The notes under the pieces are model-generated. The model was not told where the DNA came from and did not search any database. It saw nothing but the letters and a program-made list of their open reading frames with translations. Below, in pieces: positions 34,489-46,320 of a stretch of 49,119 nt of DNA (the first letter of the stretch is position 1; every line of letters starts with the position of its first letter). This stretch comes from Macrostomum lignano (lineage: Eukaryota), in contig NIVC01001147.1 of the NCBI GenBank assembly GCA_002269645.1, positions 203,720 to 252,838 on the forward strand, written 5' to 3'. The position numbers were made by a program, and so were the translations under genes.

Positions 34489-35518
34489 CACCATTTTACC
34501 CGCGATTTTGGACAAGGAGAACTTCGAAACTGACAAACGCCTTTCAATATTGACTCTATGGCTGGGCACTCAAAATCTACAATCAATATTGATCGAGATT
34601 CAAACTCTGACAAACTCTGTTTCAACTTTGAAAATGCACGTTTAGTCGACTTTTCATCTGAGAATTCGGTAACTAAGTAATCCAATGAAAGCCTGAACGG
34701 TGCTGAACTGATCTAGTGCAAAATGAGCACGGGTGTCCCTACAATTAAGCTGCTAATTGGGCATAAAAAGTACCGATATTACTAAGCACTCAAATGTTAG
34801 AAACTCAAAGATTCAGGGGGTACATTGTGTGCCGCATGGACTCATTTTCTGAGGGGGGCACGAGCCTCTGGTGCCACAACTCCTGCCGCCCGTGTCCAGG
34901 TACCCAACCTAACCTAGAAATCTAGCATTTGCGTGTTATTTAAAAATACGACTACAAGACTTCTTTTGAATCGTTAACAGTGCTACAGTACGTGTTTATG
35001 GCCTTTTTTCTGAACATACAAAGCCAATAACAGACGTAGTAAGGTAGCAGTCAAAATTGATTGTAAACTGTTCAATATTGCTTAGGAGTTGTCAAAAATG
35101 AAGCAGACTTTTTGGGTACACAAACCATAGTGTCAGTTTTGAAGCAACTCTGTCAAAATAGAATCGGACTTTGCAGCCCAACTAGTCAGGCTATTTTAGT
35201 CTGTGTGTAAAAAGGTGTGTAAAAAAGATTTTTATATCAAAACTTGCAGATCCCAAAAGCAGGGTCAGAATGAGCTGATTTTGCACAGATCAGTTCAGCA
35301 CCGTTCAGGCTTTCATTGGATTACTTAGTTAAAGAATTCTCAGAGAAAAAGTCGACTTAACGTGCATTGTCAAAATTGAAACAGAGTTTGTCAGAGTTTG
35401 AAGCTCGATCTGTCAATATTGATTGTACATTTTGAGTACCCAGCCATACAGTGTCAATATTGAAAGGAGTTTATCAGTTTCGAAGTTCTGCTTGTTCAAA
35501 ATCGAGGGTAAAATGGTG
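34489..35518. mobile_element. 1030-bp MITE with ~240-bp TIRs and TA TSD (Tc1/mariner-like)
   Basis: 34489-34724 is the diverged reverse complement of 35278-35518. Termini are TA|caccattttaccc ... gggtaaaatggtg|TA. Confidence 0.82.
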
Positions 35519-35935
35519 TAAAAACGCCTACTGGATTTAGTTTTTTGTAGTTAGCGTTAATAATTTGATTGCTTAAGTTTACGAGAGCTATTTATTTTTG
35601 ACACATTTGAAAAAGGCCTTCTTGTTTCCTAGGATATACAGGTATTCCTAGAGGATCTATTGTTTGATTTGAGTTATTCGTTACGTTCTATTGTTAATTC
35701 CGAGCTCACCACATCGACACCATCAAGACTTCTGATTCACTCCCGCTTTTGGTCGACCCACAGATAAAGTTAAGGACTCCCGGAGACGACAAATCACTGA
35801 AGCCAGTCGTCTCTACCACACAAGGCTAGCCTGCTAATAAGTTATAAGAGGAGCCGCTTCAGTAAGAATTATTTGATTTTGCAGATACGTAGGCACTTGT
35901 TCCCCAGTGTCCAGAAGTGTGAGTTTTCGAGGGAC

Positions 35936-36135
35936 CCGGCGGATCCATAGATTGAGATGCAGGGCGTCTCCCTCGCCGGTTGCTCTCTCCGCCGCTCAGT
36001 GCGACGTTGCACGCTGCGCCGACCTCTTAGTGTCCCTGGTGTGCTAATCTTTGCTTGCGCAGCCGAGGCGCGGCCTTCCGAGCCATGAACCGAGGTCATC
36101 CGCGGTCTGATGCCAGGATGCCAGGTGTCAGCACT
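35936..36135 (-). mobile_element. 5' leader fragment of an RTE-like LINE related to the element at 39385
   Basis: The reverse complement aligns by eye with 39391-39607 (gtgctgacacctggcat...gcactgagcggcgg...ctatggatccgccgg). Confidence 0.7.
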
Positions 36136-36273
36136 ATTTGACTCTGACTTGGTATAAATATTGGATAATTTACCAAATTATTAACGAATATCTCGGTTAA
36201 AACGACCAAAAAGTGGCTAAGCTTCTCCATATAGCGTACAATTGTTATATTAGAGCCATTATATTTGCACACT

Positions 36274-39200
36274 CAGTGTTGGGCAAGTTACTCAAAAAAA
36301 GTAACTTGCGTTACTGTAACTTAAGTTACCAATTTTTAAAAAGTAACTTACGTTAGCCTAGTAACTTTAGACAAAAACCTGGTAACTTTTAAGTTACTGT
36401 CCGTTACTCACTTCCGTTACCCATGTTATTAACAAAATTTTCTGCTTTTTTCACATTGCACATTTTTTCACTTTGTTGTTACCGAAATTTGCCATTGGGC
36501 ATTGGGATTAACCGATTAACAGACAGAGACAGGAATTGGCGACACGATGTGAGGCAAGTAGAAGGACCAATGGGCAATGGCAATCAATAATTAAAATTAT
36601 AAATGATAAAATATACGAATATCAATAATTCAATAGAGTAAAATAAATAGAACTGTATATAAAATGGTGTAGTGTACTGCAGTGCCAGTGGAGGGACTTG
36701 TGGAGGCTACAGATGAATTTCTTTCTGACGAGGACGCACTTTTTCCCAAATCCCGCGCTAGCACATGGGCTCTAAACTTACTAGCCTACTGACAGCAGGC
36801 TAAAGGCATTTTTATTATTTTTCTGCGAATTTTCATAAAATTTATACTAGATATAATGTCTGGTCATACTAGTAGTCATAATAACATAGGCGCAGCTTTT
36901 TGGGTCATAAATCATCGCTTTCGAAGCTGGTCTGACAGCCACCTGCGCCTCACTCAGTATTGAGGCGGGCGCCAGATGGTCTGAGAGGATGCGGGCGGTA
37001 GCTTTTTTCTCATCATTTTGACAGGCCATCAAGATTTATGAGGTCAGAGCCTATTGTTCGGGTTCACTCAAGCGTGTGACAGTTTTGACAGCTATGCGTT
37101 TTACCCCTAAAAGTACTTTGGGATTTAGTGATTAGCGGTTTCTTTTCATTATCTTCACTTTCTATTTAATAAGAGCTTTCTAATGTATATTTTTTCATTA
37201 ATTTCCGTCAATCCTACGCGAAAAGTCATAAATCATTTTGTTGCGATTTTGAGTGATTTATGGCCGCACCTGTCATCTTTTTACGACCCTGTGGGAACTG
37301 ATAGGATTTCTCGGTCACGTGATTCTGGGTAGCAACAAGCTTAGCCAATCAGAAAATTCGGCGCTCATTTTAACAAAACGGCTCAGCCAATCAGAATCGA
37401 CGTGTTCCATTATAACAAACTGCGGTCCAGTTGGCGGCTATTTAAACCGGTGTTTTTGGCCCGCTCGGACCGGTACCTGTTCCGACTCTGGCCTGGTTCC
37501 TACTCCACCGGCCCGGAACTGACCATCGTTTCTTGATCCCCGGATTGCGACTCCCCCCCCCATCATCATCAAGGACGAGTCCCCCGGTCATCAGCAGCGA
37601 ACATCAAGTTAAGAGCATCACCTGCTAGCTAACAGCGAAGATTGTGACAGCATCATCCCGAGTCTACAGCTGCAGAGCATCGAGCCGATTCGGTCACTGT
37701 GGATTACCTGGTCTCCGGCTGTTGAGTTTCTGATTGGTTGGGTGAGAGGCTACCTAGACTTGCTTGATTGGGTGATCCCTTATCTGTCCCCTGTTGCAGT
37801 AGCTGAATTAGGCGCACACTTTTGCTCATTTTGTTCAGTAGTGCTGCTGCTGAGGCAGAAATCATTCAATAATACTGCTAGTAGTCTAAGACTCCAATTC
37901 AATCTGAAGTGTGAAGTGAACTAAGGAGAAGGTTAAATCTAACAGTTATTTTTATCGGTTTTATTTCTTTGTTCACCGATGGCTCAGATGAGTAGCTAAG
38001 CTAGTAGGCGCCGGTCACAGTGGACCAATGGCAAGACAGTTCTCAGTCGACCAATCTATCAAATCAGTGAGCAACACTGCCAGAAGTGCAGAATCGGCGC
38101 CAGAGATGTACTTTGTGCACTCTAGGGTAGCCAAGCGGCTCGGGTAAATGAATCACGCGGTCTCTGAAGTTCGAGTTAGTCTATCATCAGCGCTATGAAA
38201 GGCTAGTTGGCGCGTTGAAGGCCAAAAGTACATATCTTCGTATTTAGCAATGTAATAGTACATGCAGCTACCCCATAGACTCGCCACCGCAAGAATCCCC
38301 TGCACAAGTCCCCTCTGTACCTGCATGGCCAATGCGATCTAGTCCCAGCAGTGTCCCTTATCATCGGCTATGACTTCGAGATTGACAGCAAAAAGACACT
38401 AGTTGGCAGGTAAGTGCAAAGCCCCTTCTAGTCGGAAGCCCGATTTCGAGAGTCCCGGTGTGGTGAGCCAGGGCGCACGGGCTGGTGGCAGCAAGTTAGT
38501 TGATCTGCGGATTAGCTAACTTCTACTTTCAAAATTCTCCCTGCTCGTCTCTCGCTGTCCCTCTCTTAGCTATAGGACCTAGACTGCTCGCCACCCGATC
38601 AAGCTACCATGGGGCTGACCATCTGACAGGAGTGGGGGGCCAGGTCTCTAATTGATTTATTTCTGAGCCTGAGGCCCGAAGGCTTCCCTAACAAGGAGCC
38701 CGAAGGTCGAAACCCATCATTTCTTTGGTTGTTTGTTTGAATCAAACTTGAAAATTTTTAGTAACGAAAATGGGCCTTTTCATATAGCTAGTTCTGGTTC
38801 CAGAACCAGAACCAATTTGTGAAGTATAACTTTTTTTCTCCATAACTAGAGGGAGATACGTGCTATAAAGTTTTTATTATTGAATGAAAATCGCTAAGAA
38901 GAAAGTGAAAAATTGTGCTAAGTGAGGTTGTTAAGGCAGTCAAACATTCAACAGAATTAAATAGTTGTACTGCTGTTTTTCTTGGAAGATCCGAACCGAT
39001 TCTGATTCTGGAATTGGTAATATGAAAAGCCTCAATGAAAGGCGAAAATATTTTACCAATATTAACAAAGTAATACATGTTTCAAGTATTTCTTCATTAA
39101 TTAAGCGCAATACCATATGATACTATTCACTTAATTTTGAATTTAGGAATGAAAAATGCAAAAACATGTGACAACCGGCGTAATAGCTAAGCATTTCAGT

Positions 39201-39377
39201 TTTTAATTTAAATATTGCGATTGTTGCAAAGTAACTGTAACGGACTTCCGAAATTTGAGTAACTTACCGTTACTCCGTTACTAAAATAAAAAAGTAACTT
39301 GCGTAAGGAACGCTTTACGAAAAAGTAACTTGCGTTACCATTTGCAAGTTACTCGGTAACGGAAGTGCCCAACACTG
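36274..39377. mobile_element. Non-autonomous hAT element, copy 2 (inverted relative to copy 1), expanded by insertions
   Basis: Same cagtgttgggca TIRs. Arms 36274-~36725 and ~39050-39377 match copy 1 in reverse orientation. Partial TSD (tg)cacact. Confidence 0.88.
37239..37944 (+). repeat. Putative solo LTR inside hAT copy 2
   Basis: TGTT...AACA termini. Two cagccaatcagaa-type CCAAT boxes (~37343, ~37383), a TATA-like ctatttaaa (37438) and a reverse CCAAT at ~37730. No TSD match. Confidence 0.4.
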
Positions 39378-39384
39378 CACACTC

Positions 39385-42300
39385 GTGCAGAGTGCTGACA
39401 CCTGGCATTGCGGCCAGGATGACTTCGGTTGGCTCGGACGGCCGCGCTTCGGCTGCGGCAGCAAAGTTCAGCACAGCAGGAACTCGCAGAGGTTAGCGCA
39501 GCGTCGCACTGAGCGGCGGCGCGAGCGCGACCGGCGAGGGCGACTCCGTGGCACAGCCATGCGCCTGTTGCCCCCAGTCCCTGGTATTTCAACTATGGAT
39601 CCGCCGGGTGGCGCCGGGGACCATGAGGCCAACCTCCATCTGGCCCGAGCTGTACCAGGTGAACTGCCGAACTCTGAAGGCTCCCTGGCGTCGCACGATT
39701 CTTGTCCAGCTGGCTCACGACCTACAGCTGGACCTCTTCACGCTACAGAAGGTTTCTATCGTGGCTGAGCCGGGGCTCCACTCTGAGGACCTCAGAGCCG
39801 GCTGGAGCCTCCTGTAAACGTCGGCAGACAACCGCAAACGGGGCGGTGTCGGCGTACTGATCGGACCGCGCCTCCAGCAGAGCGTGCATTGGATCTCGCT
39901 TTCCCCGCGACTGATGATTCCCCGCGTATGCACCCACCGCTGCTCACCCTGAGGAGGCTCGTGCCTTCTTCCACTTCCCGGCTGGGCAGCTGAAAGAGGT
40001 GCCAAACCGCGACACGCTGGCAGTGCTCGGAGATCTGAACGCAGTCCAGCGGAGGTCCGAGCGCTCGCCCTTTGTCGCGGGACGCGAGAACGCCAACATC
40101 GATGCACTGGAGGACCTGCTTGACCAGCTGGACCTGGTGTCCGCGAACACCCAGTTCCGCAAGCCCCCTGCCCGCCTGGTCACCTTTGCGGGCTGCAAGA
40201 GAAGGTGACGGAACGCACGCGGGCTGAATGCCACGAGGAGACTGGCGCAACTCGATCATAAGCAGGTTCGCACTCCGGTCAAATCACCGTCTCCTGATTC
40301 GCGACTTGCGGCTCCGCGACCAGCTCTACCGACCGCCAAAGCTGCGGCCACGGCGCTACTATCGCGTACTGTTGGACACCCGCGTGAAGCGTCAATTCGC
40401 GGGTCCCTTCGTCGCCACGCTCGGAGACCAGCGCGAGGCGGAGTATTCCGACATCAGCACCGCCGTTAGAGCCGCTGCGGAGCAGACGGTCCCGCTGATG
40501 CGGCCAGCACAGAAATCGCTGCCTGTCTGGCAGAGCGACCCGACCATCAGGCAGGCGCGGCTCAACATCGAGCGATTCCACAGAAACTGGCGGCCCACAG
40601 GCAACGCTGAAGACGCGTCTAAGCGCCTTCTAGACGAGCGGCAGCAGGCCGCGACGCCGTCAGGTCCATCACTGCAGCCGGCCCAGACGTGAAAAGCTGC
40701 GCAGTGTAGACAGCCGTCCGGACTCTAACGGGGCGCAAAAAGCGCGTGGCGCTGAATCTGGCCAGCGACACCCCGGAGGAGCGCAGGAATGAATTGCATG
40801 ACTTCTTCGCCGGCATCGTGAACGCGCCCGCGTCGCAGCTGCCTGCCAGTTTTGCGCTCCCACTGGACACGCCGCTCCAGCTGAGGAGGACCTCTGCACC
40901 AGCCCAGTCACCACGGAGGACGTTGTGCTGTTCGCTCGGAAAACATCAGGCGGCAAGGCGCTCGGCCCCGACGAAGTCCCGGTCGAAGCGCTGCGGCCTC
41001 CCTGTGTGGCCTCCCAGGTCACAGGCGTCATGAACCGCGTGCTCGCCGGCGCTCTTGCGCCCACCGAGTGGACTGTCGCACACATCGTGCCGATCCCGAA
41101 GAAGGCAGGGACAACGCGGAAAGAAGACCACCGCGGGATCTCGCTGCTGATGTCCTGCACCGCGAAGCTCTTCAACCGGCTGCTGCTCGATCGTCTGCAG
41201 TCGGTGCTGGACCCGTACCTGCGGTACGAGCAGAACGGATTCCGGCCGCAACGCGGCACAGTGACACGACACAGATCCTCGCACTCCGCCGCGCCGTGTC
41301 ATCGATGAGGCGCGCATCCGCCAGTCTACGCTGATCACATTGTCTTCGTTGACTTTCGAAAGGCGTTTGACTCGGTGTTGAGAGCCGCGCTCCCCTTTGT
41401 CCTTCGAGCCTACTGGGTACCTCAGCAGCTAATCGACGCTGTCATGGCGCTGTATCGCGACACTCGAGCTGCTGTGGTGACAGCGGACGGCCTGTCTGAC
41501 GTGTTTGATACTTCATCAGGAGTTCTGCAGGGCGATACGCTGCCGCCGTTTCTCTTCGTGCTGCTGCTGGACTGGGTGCTTTGGACCGCACTCCTCTCGG
41601 CTAATGACGGCTTCCTGCTGCGCAGACGCATCGGTCACCGCCACGGCGAAAAGCGCTAAGCGTGCTTGGCTACGCCGAAGACCTCGCCCTCCTGTCCTCG
41701 TCCGTTGAAGGCGCCCAGCGCCAGATCGACAGGCTGGTCGAGGTGGCATCGAGCATCGGTCTGATCGTCAACACGCTGAAGACCGAGGTGCTGACTGTGC
41801 CGGCCGACATCCCAGCGGACCTGACGTGCCGCGGCGCAGACGGGCAGACGACCAGGCTCGCACGCTGCCAGCGATTCACCTACCTCGGCGGTCTGTGCCC
41901 CACGTGGAGGAAGACCTCCAGCGGCGCAGAGGACTTGCCTGGGCGGCTTTTCGTTCGATCCGAGCCGTCCTCCAGTCCGAAGCGCTGCCCGATCGCCAGA
42001 GTGCTCGGCTGTGGCAGGCGGTGGTTGAAACCGTCCTGCTATACAACGCCGAGACGTTGGACGCTGACGGCTAAGCTAGAGCGGCAGCTGGACTCGGCGC
42101 AATCAGGGCTGCTCCGTGCGGCCTTTCGAGCAGACAAGAGCGTCGGGACCGAGGCTCTGTACGATCGGGCCAAGCTGCAGCGCCCGTCCATCATCCTGCG
42201 CCGGCGGCGACTTCAACTGGCGGACCACGTGATCCGGGCCGAGGGCTACTGCCCCCAACCTGTTCAGGACGTCCTGCTGCTCACCTTGCAGGGTCCGTTC

Positions 42301-42445
42301 AGGCGGTGTCAGGCCCGAACCCGTCGATACGTGGACTGCCTGCTGTGCGACGCTGCCAACGGAGCGGACTTTGTTCGCCAACGGGGCGCGCCATCTGATA
42401 CGCCCTGCTCTAACTATGACCTTTGCTTGCGGGCCGCGTATTTTT
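39385..42445 (+). mobile_element. Near full-length single-ORF RTE-like LINE (APE + RT), heavily frameshifted
   Basis: APE: VNCRTL, GGVGVLI, VLGDLNAV. RT: KALGPDEVP, HRGISL, EQNGFRP, FVDFRKAFDSV, GVLQGDTLPPFLF, LGYAEDLALL, FTYLGG. T-rich 3' end near 42440. Confidence 0.92.
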
Positions 42446-44228
42446 TTGTTGTTTACAATTGTTAAAGGACTTCTTTATGGAGTAAAAAATGACAAAAATG
42501 ACAAAAAACGTTTTTAAACTTTAAGCCCGATAAAATCTAAGCAGTGCACGAAACAATCTGAAACAATTCAGCAGTTAAGGTGACATCCAGATGACTGTTA
42601 AAACATACGAAACCAAGCAAAATATGCTGCGCTTCCACTCCTGTAACGCCTCATAATTGAGCAATTAAAAATTTACTTTTAAAGTACATGTGTACAAGTA
42701 GCTCACACCTGGAAATCTGCATGCCTTCATTAGACAGCCCGAGATGTCCCAACGATAGTTCAGCAGCTCAAAAGCTGTGCTGACCTTGAAAAATGCACAT
42801 TTTTGCATCTCAAATAGCACCTATTAGCATATTAGCACCTATCATATTAGCACCTTTTCTCTTCTTTTTTGATGCACAAAAGTACAAAAGGGCTATTTAA
42901 AGGGCTAATATGAATCTTTGTCATATTATTGCGACCTATCTATAATGGCTGCACAGGATCATTAGGGCGTTAGGCGACACTATGCAATATAGTGAATCCT
43001 TATTTTTTGAGCAAGTCGAAGCAACGCAGTTTTTGTTACCATGGCAACCAAACATGGCGTTTGACAACTAAACATAGTTAACATGATGAAAGCCCTAGGT
43101 GTTCAACGTGTTTCAGTGAAAACCGCATCTCACAGCTATGCAGCATTCTCAAACAGCGACGGTGAGAATTCGAAAACGTCGTTTTCCATGTGCATCCTTA
43201 TTGTCACGTACATCTTATGATTCTTATCAAGAATGGTTTCGCATCATCCGTAAGAACCAAGGGTTCTTCCATGGCTCACCCATCCCGCAACTAGCCGTAA
43301 CAAAGCATTGTTTTTGGCTTTTTATATTAAAAGGTTTGTAGCGGTTCTGATGCTCTAAAGTATACTTTTATAATCCATCAGACGCCTCTCTTCCTTTTTT
43401 CCCACAAATACTGGCGATATTGGGCGCTTTCTGACCCCAAACTAGCTATACCACAAGCTAGTATAACACTGTATGAATGAGTATATGCAGGCGCCCAAAA
43501 GCCGGGTTTTCATACGGCTGTCTTCGCCTTAAAAATTTGGTCTTAATCTTCATCTTTTGAAAGCCAGCGTTACAGACAGACGGTGCAATGGTCGAGTACC
43601 AATTGCGATTTGTGCAGTTTTGGTTATCTATACTCAGCAACATTGAAAAGTCGCCACTCTATGCGCCAGCGAGCAATTTCTCTTGGACTGACTATTCTGA
43701 AATAAAAGATACGAGAAAACTGATTGGGGTGGCTTTGATGCGTCCAACCCTCGCCCCCGCTTCTTATCTAAACTTAAGTCTGCCGCGGCGTAGCTGAGTT
43801 GCGTCACTCGCAAAGATTGAGACTATACCTGTAATTCTATGCATGTCATTCATTATTACATGTATTAAAGGACCCCAACCAATGACAGCTTCTTTTACGC
43901 TCGTATGTTGCGGCGTTTCTAGTGAGTTATCAATCTCGCTCCTTGGTAGCGAAAATAGAAGGCACGTTGATGAGATGACATCATTCAGTTCTTCACAGCG
44001 GTAATATCGATACGACAGTCAGTTTATAATCAAGCTTAAGCACAGTATACATGGTTGAATTATTATAGCAGAATAATAACACCTAACGATCTGTGGTTAC
44101 TCTATAAATCTCCCCGTTCTAAAGATATACCCCCAAAAGTTTATGAGTTTGCAATTGTACCATATACTAAGCATTTATTCTACTAACTAAAGTTGACAGA
44201 ATGGGAGGCCTTCCTTTTAATATCAAAT

Positions 44229-45662
44229 TCAAAATCTCGAGTCGTTTCCTCTGCCTTCGCGACTCAGATGGCATTCTAGTTTCGACTTTGTAGCGTCCTT
44301 GTGCTGCATCATTAGTCTCCACATGTTTGTCATTTCCAATTCGCTCACTTGGTGCATTACCAGACCGTTGTGGTAGTCACACCAGTTTGTATAGCTGTAG
44401 AGATGCAGGATAAATCTTGGGTGGCTTTTTAGTGCGATACCAGCCCGCAAAGCGCATAGGCCCATATAGACATCCTCAAGGCGCATCGGGTATGTAATAT
44501 CACTTGCCTCAAGCAGCGCAGAAAGAGCGACTCGAGAAAGTAGATAGCCCGGTCCTGAAATTTTATGAAGTCTAAACATGAGACTGGACAGGCATAATCC
44601 AAGGTTTTTTTACTGCCCGTTTAAGAAACAATGGTAGATTGTTCAGTAAGTAGCTGAGATAGATAATAAATGCGAGAAAGCAGTCCCGTGATGAAATTTG
44701 TACACGGGGTGTACTGTACATTGGGGAGCAACTGCGTAATAATGGCCAAAAATATAAATTGCTTGGTTTGTCTGGGTCTCTGATATACAATGCACATGTA
44801 CGAGTAGCAACACTGCATGGAGAAACAGCCCGAAGAAACTTCTCTAGACCAAATGGGAATGAAAAGCTGGCTAGAGAAAATCATACTTTCTTACCATTCG
44901 CGTACCGAGGAAACTTGATCAGAGGATAGTTTTGGTAGCTAACGCGCCACTTCTTAACTCCACTATGTCGGTTAGGCTCCAACCAGCGAGGTACGCTGCC
45001 AGTGTATAGAATCTGCGAATCAACCAGCGAGAGAGATAAAAGATAGTCACCAATTCGAAATGGATTCACCATGCAGTCTGTGTCCGTCTTGAAAAAGAAT
45101 TTGGCCTCTGGACAAGCCGTTGCTGTCCAATCCATCGCCGCAATTGCCTTCAGCGTCAGATTTTCGTAAGAGTCTCGGAAACTGAGTTGCACGATGTCTC
45201 CGTATCGATTGCTTTCATTATCAATTTCTCGCTGAATTTTTATGCTCGGTACGTAGCCAAGAATAAAGATCCAGCGCAAAGGGAACCCATGGATCTCATT
45301 CTGCGACATGTAGAGCCGTCGGAGGAGCTCTCGTCTGGTAAAATTGCTAGGTGCCGAAATAACCGCACCGAGCAACAGGGGCTGCAGCTGCATGTCTTTG
45401 CATGACTTGGCCCAGTGAACGTAATTGAACTTGGCAAGGTGAACTGATCGGATAGCTGGAGTCTTTAGGACTCCAGAGTTTTTTTTAACCCAGGCAAATG
45501 TGAGCTCGCTTCGAGCTGCTGCTTACTGCGAGTTGAGGGATTTAAACAGACGAGTTCAAGTGGAGCGGATAATAAGTGCAACGCTACGATCAAACCAAGA
45601 GAGACGACAAACGCAAAAAGGTATAGCAATTCACGCCAGCCTTTCATGATGATACGATGCAT
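44229..45662 (-). CDS. GT31-family beta-1,3-glycosyltransferase (Galactosyl_T), two exons, one frameshift at an A8 run
   Basis: N-terminal TM segment (LLYLFAFVVSLGLIVALHLL). Exon 45662-44895, GT-AG intron 44894-44555, exon 44554-44229. Motifs VISAPSNFTRR, YGDIVQLSFRDSYENLTLK, FFFKTDTDC (DxD), YANGPGYLLS, EDVYMGLC. The frame changes at 45479-45486. Confidence 0.88.
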
Positions 45663-46110
45663 TCCGGTGCGTTCAGGTGCGCGAACAGGTAAAGAGCGGA
45701 TTCCTGCCCCGCTTGGATTTATTTATACTCACGACAACTATTTTTTTAACAAAGAAATCACTATTCACAAGAATAAATCCAGCTGGCTAGGTGAATTTGG
45801 ACTGAAAAGAGTGTAGAATTCAGTAAAGAATCTAAAGCATTGATAGAGGAAGCACCCATAATACGTTATTGTTCTGCGCCGCTTTGTCTCGGTAAACAGG
45901 AACAGAAACAATCTAGACTGCACAAATGCTAGGCGACTATATTCTCCGGACACAGCGTATTCAGACTAGTTTTGGTATTGGGTTTTTGTAATAAAACCAT
46001 ATCTAATGCAGACAAAGCTTTAGAGTTACGAAAAGCCGGTAGCTTTCAACTATAACTTTTATACTTTAAAGTCAATGGCTTTGACTATGTCAGTCGTGAC
46101 GTCACCAGTA

Positions 46111-46217
46111 CCCACCGGACTCTACGTCTGGTCTACGACTTTGTCGTAGCTCCTACTTGGCGCCGCGTTTTCGTCGCGGAGGGGAAACACGCCAATAGGG
46201 GTGTACGAAGAGCGCCA
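46111..46217 (+). ncRNA. HDV-like self-cleaving ribozyme fold at the LINE 5' end (partly decayed)
   Basis: P2 tggcgcc (46158-64) / gagcgcca (46210-17). P3 gcg / cgc around L3 ttttcgt (46168-74). P4 acacgcc-aata-ggggtgt. J4/2 acgaa with C46206. P1' ggaggg (46178-83) pairs imperfectly with cccacc (46111-16) or gctcc (46149-53). Confidence 0.6.
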
Positions 46218-46320
46218 TAACTCGGACACCGTGTCCAGCGAGCGTCATTGTACTGGAAGATGAGCGCGTATCGGTTTTAACACCGGAGGAGCCAAGTATC
46301 CGGCCCGCTACCTCCCCGCT

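Noticed and set aside
37980-38412. Possible downstream perlecan exons (DGSDE, QHCQKC, donor-like ggcag|gtaagt)
   Set aside because: Stops occur in all frames, no full LDLa or laminin-EGF Cys pattern is present, and the region lies inside a hAT element.
38660-38720. gagcccgaaggtcgaaac resembling a hammerhead stem II/GAAA
   Set aside because: The required CUGANGA core is absent upstream.
42707-42790. Isolated minus-strand AG...GT open segment (VSTAFELLNYRWDISGC...)
   Set aside because: No partner exons or recognisable homology, so it could arise by chance.
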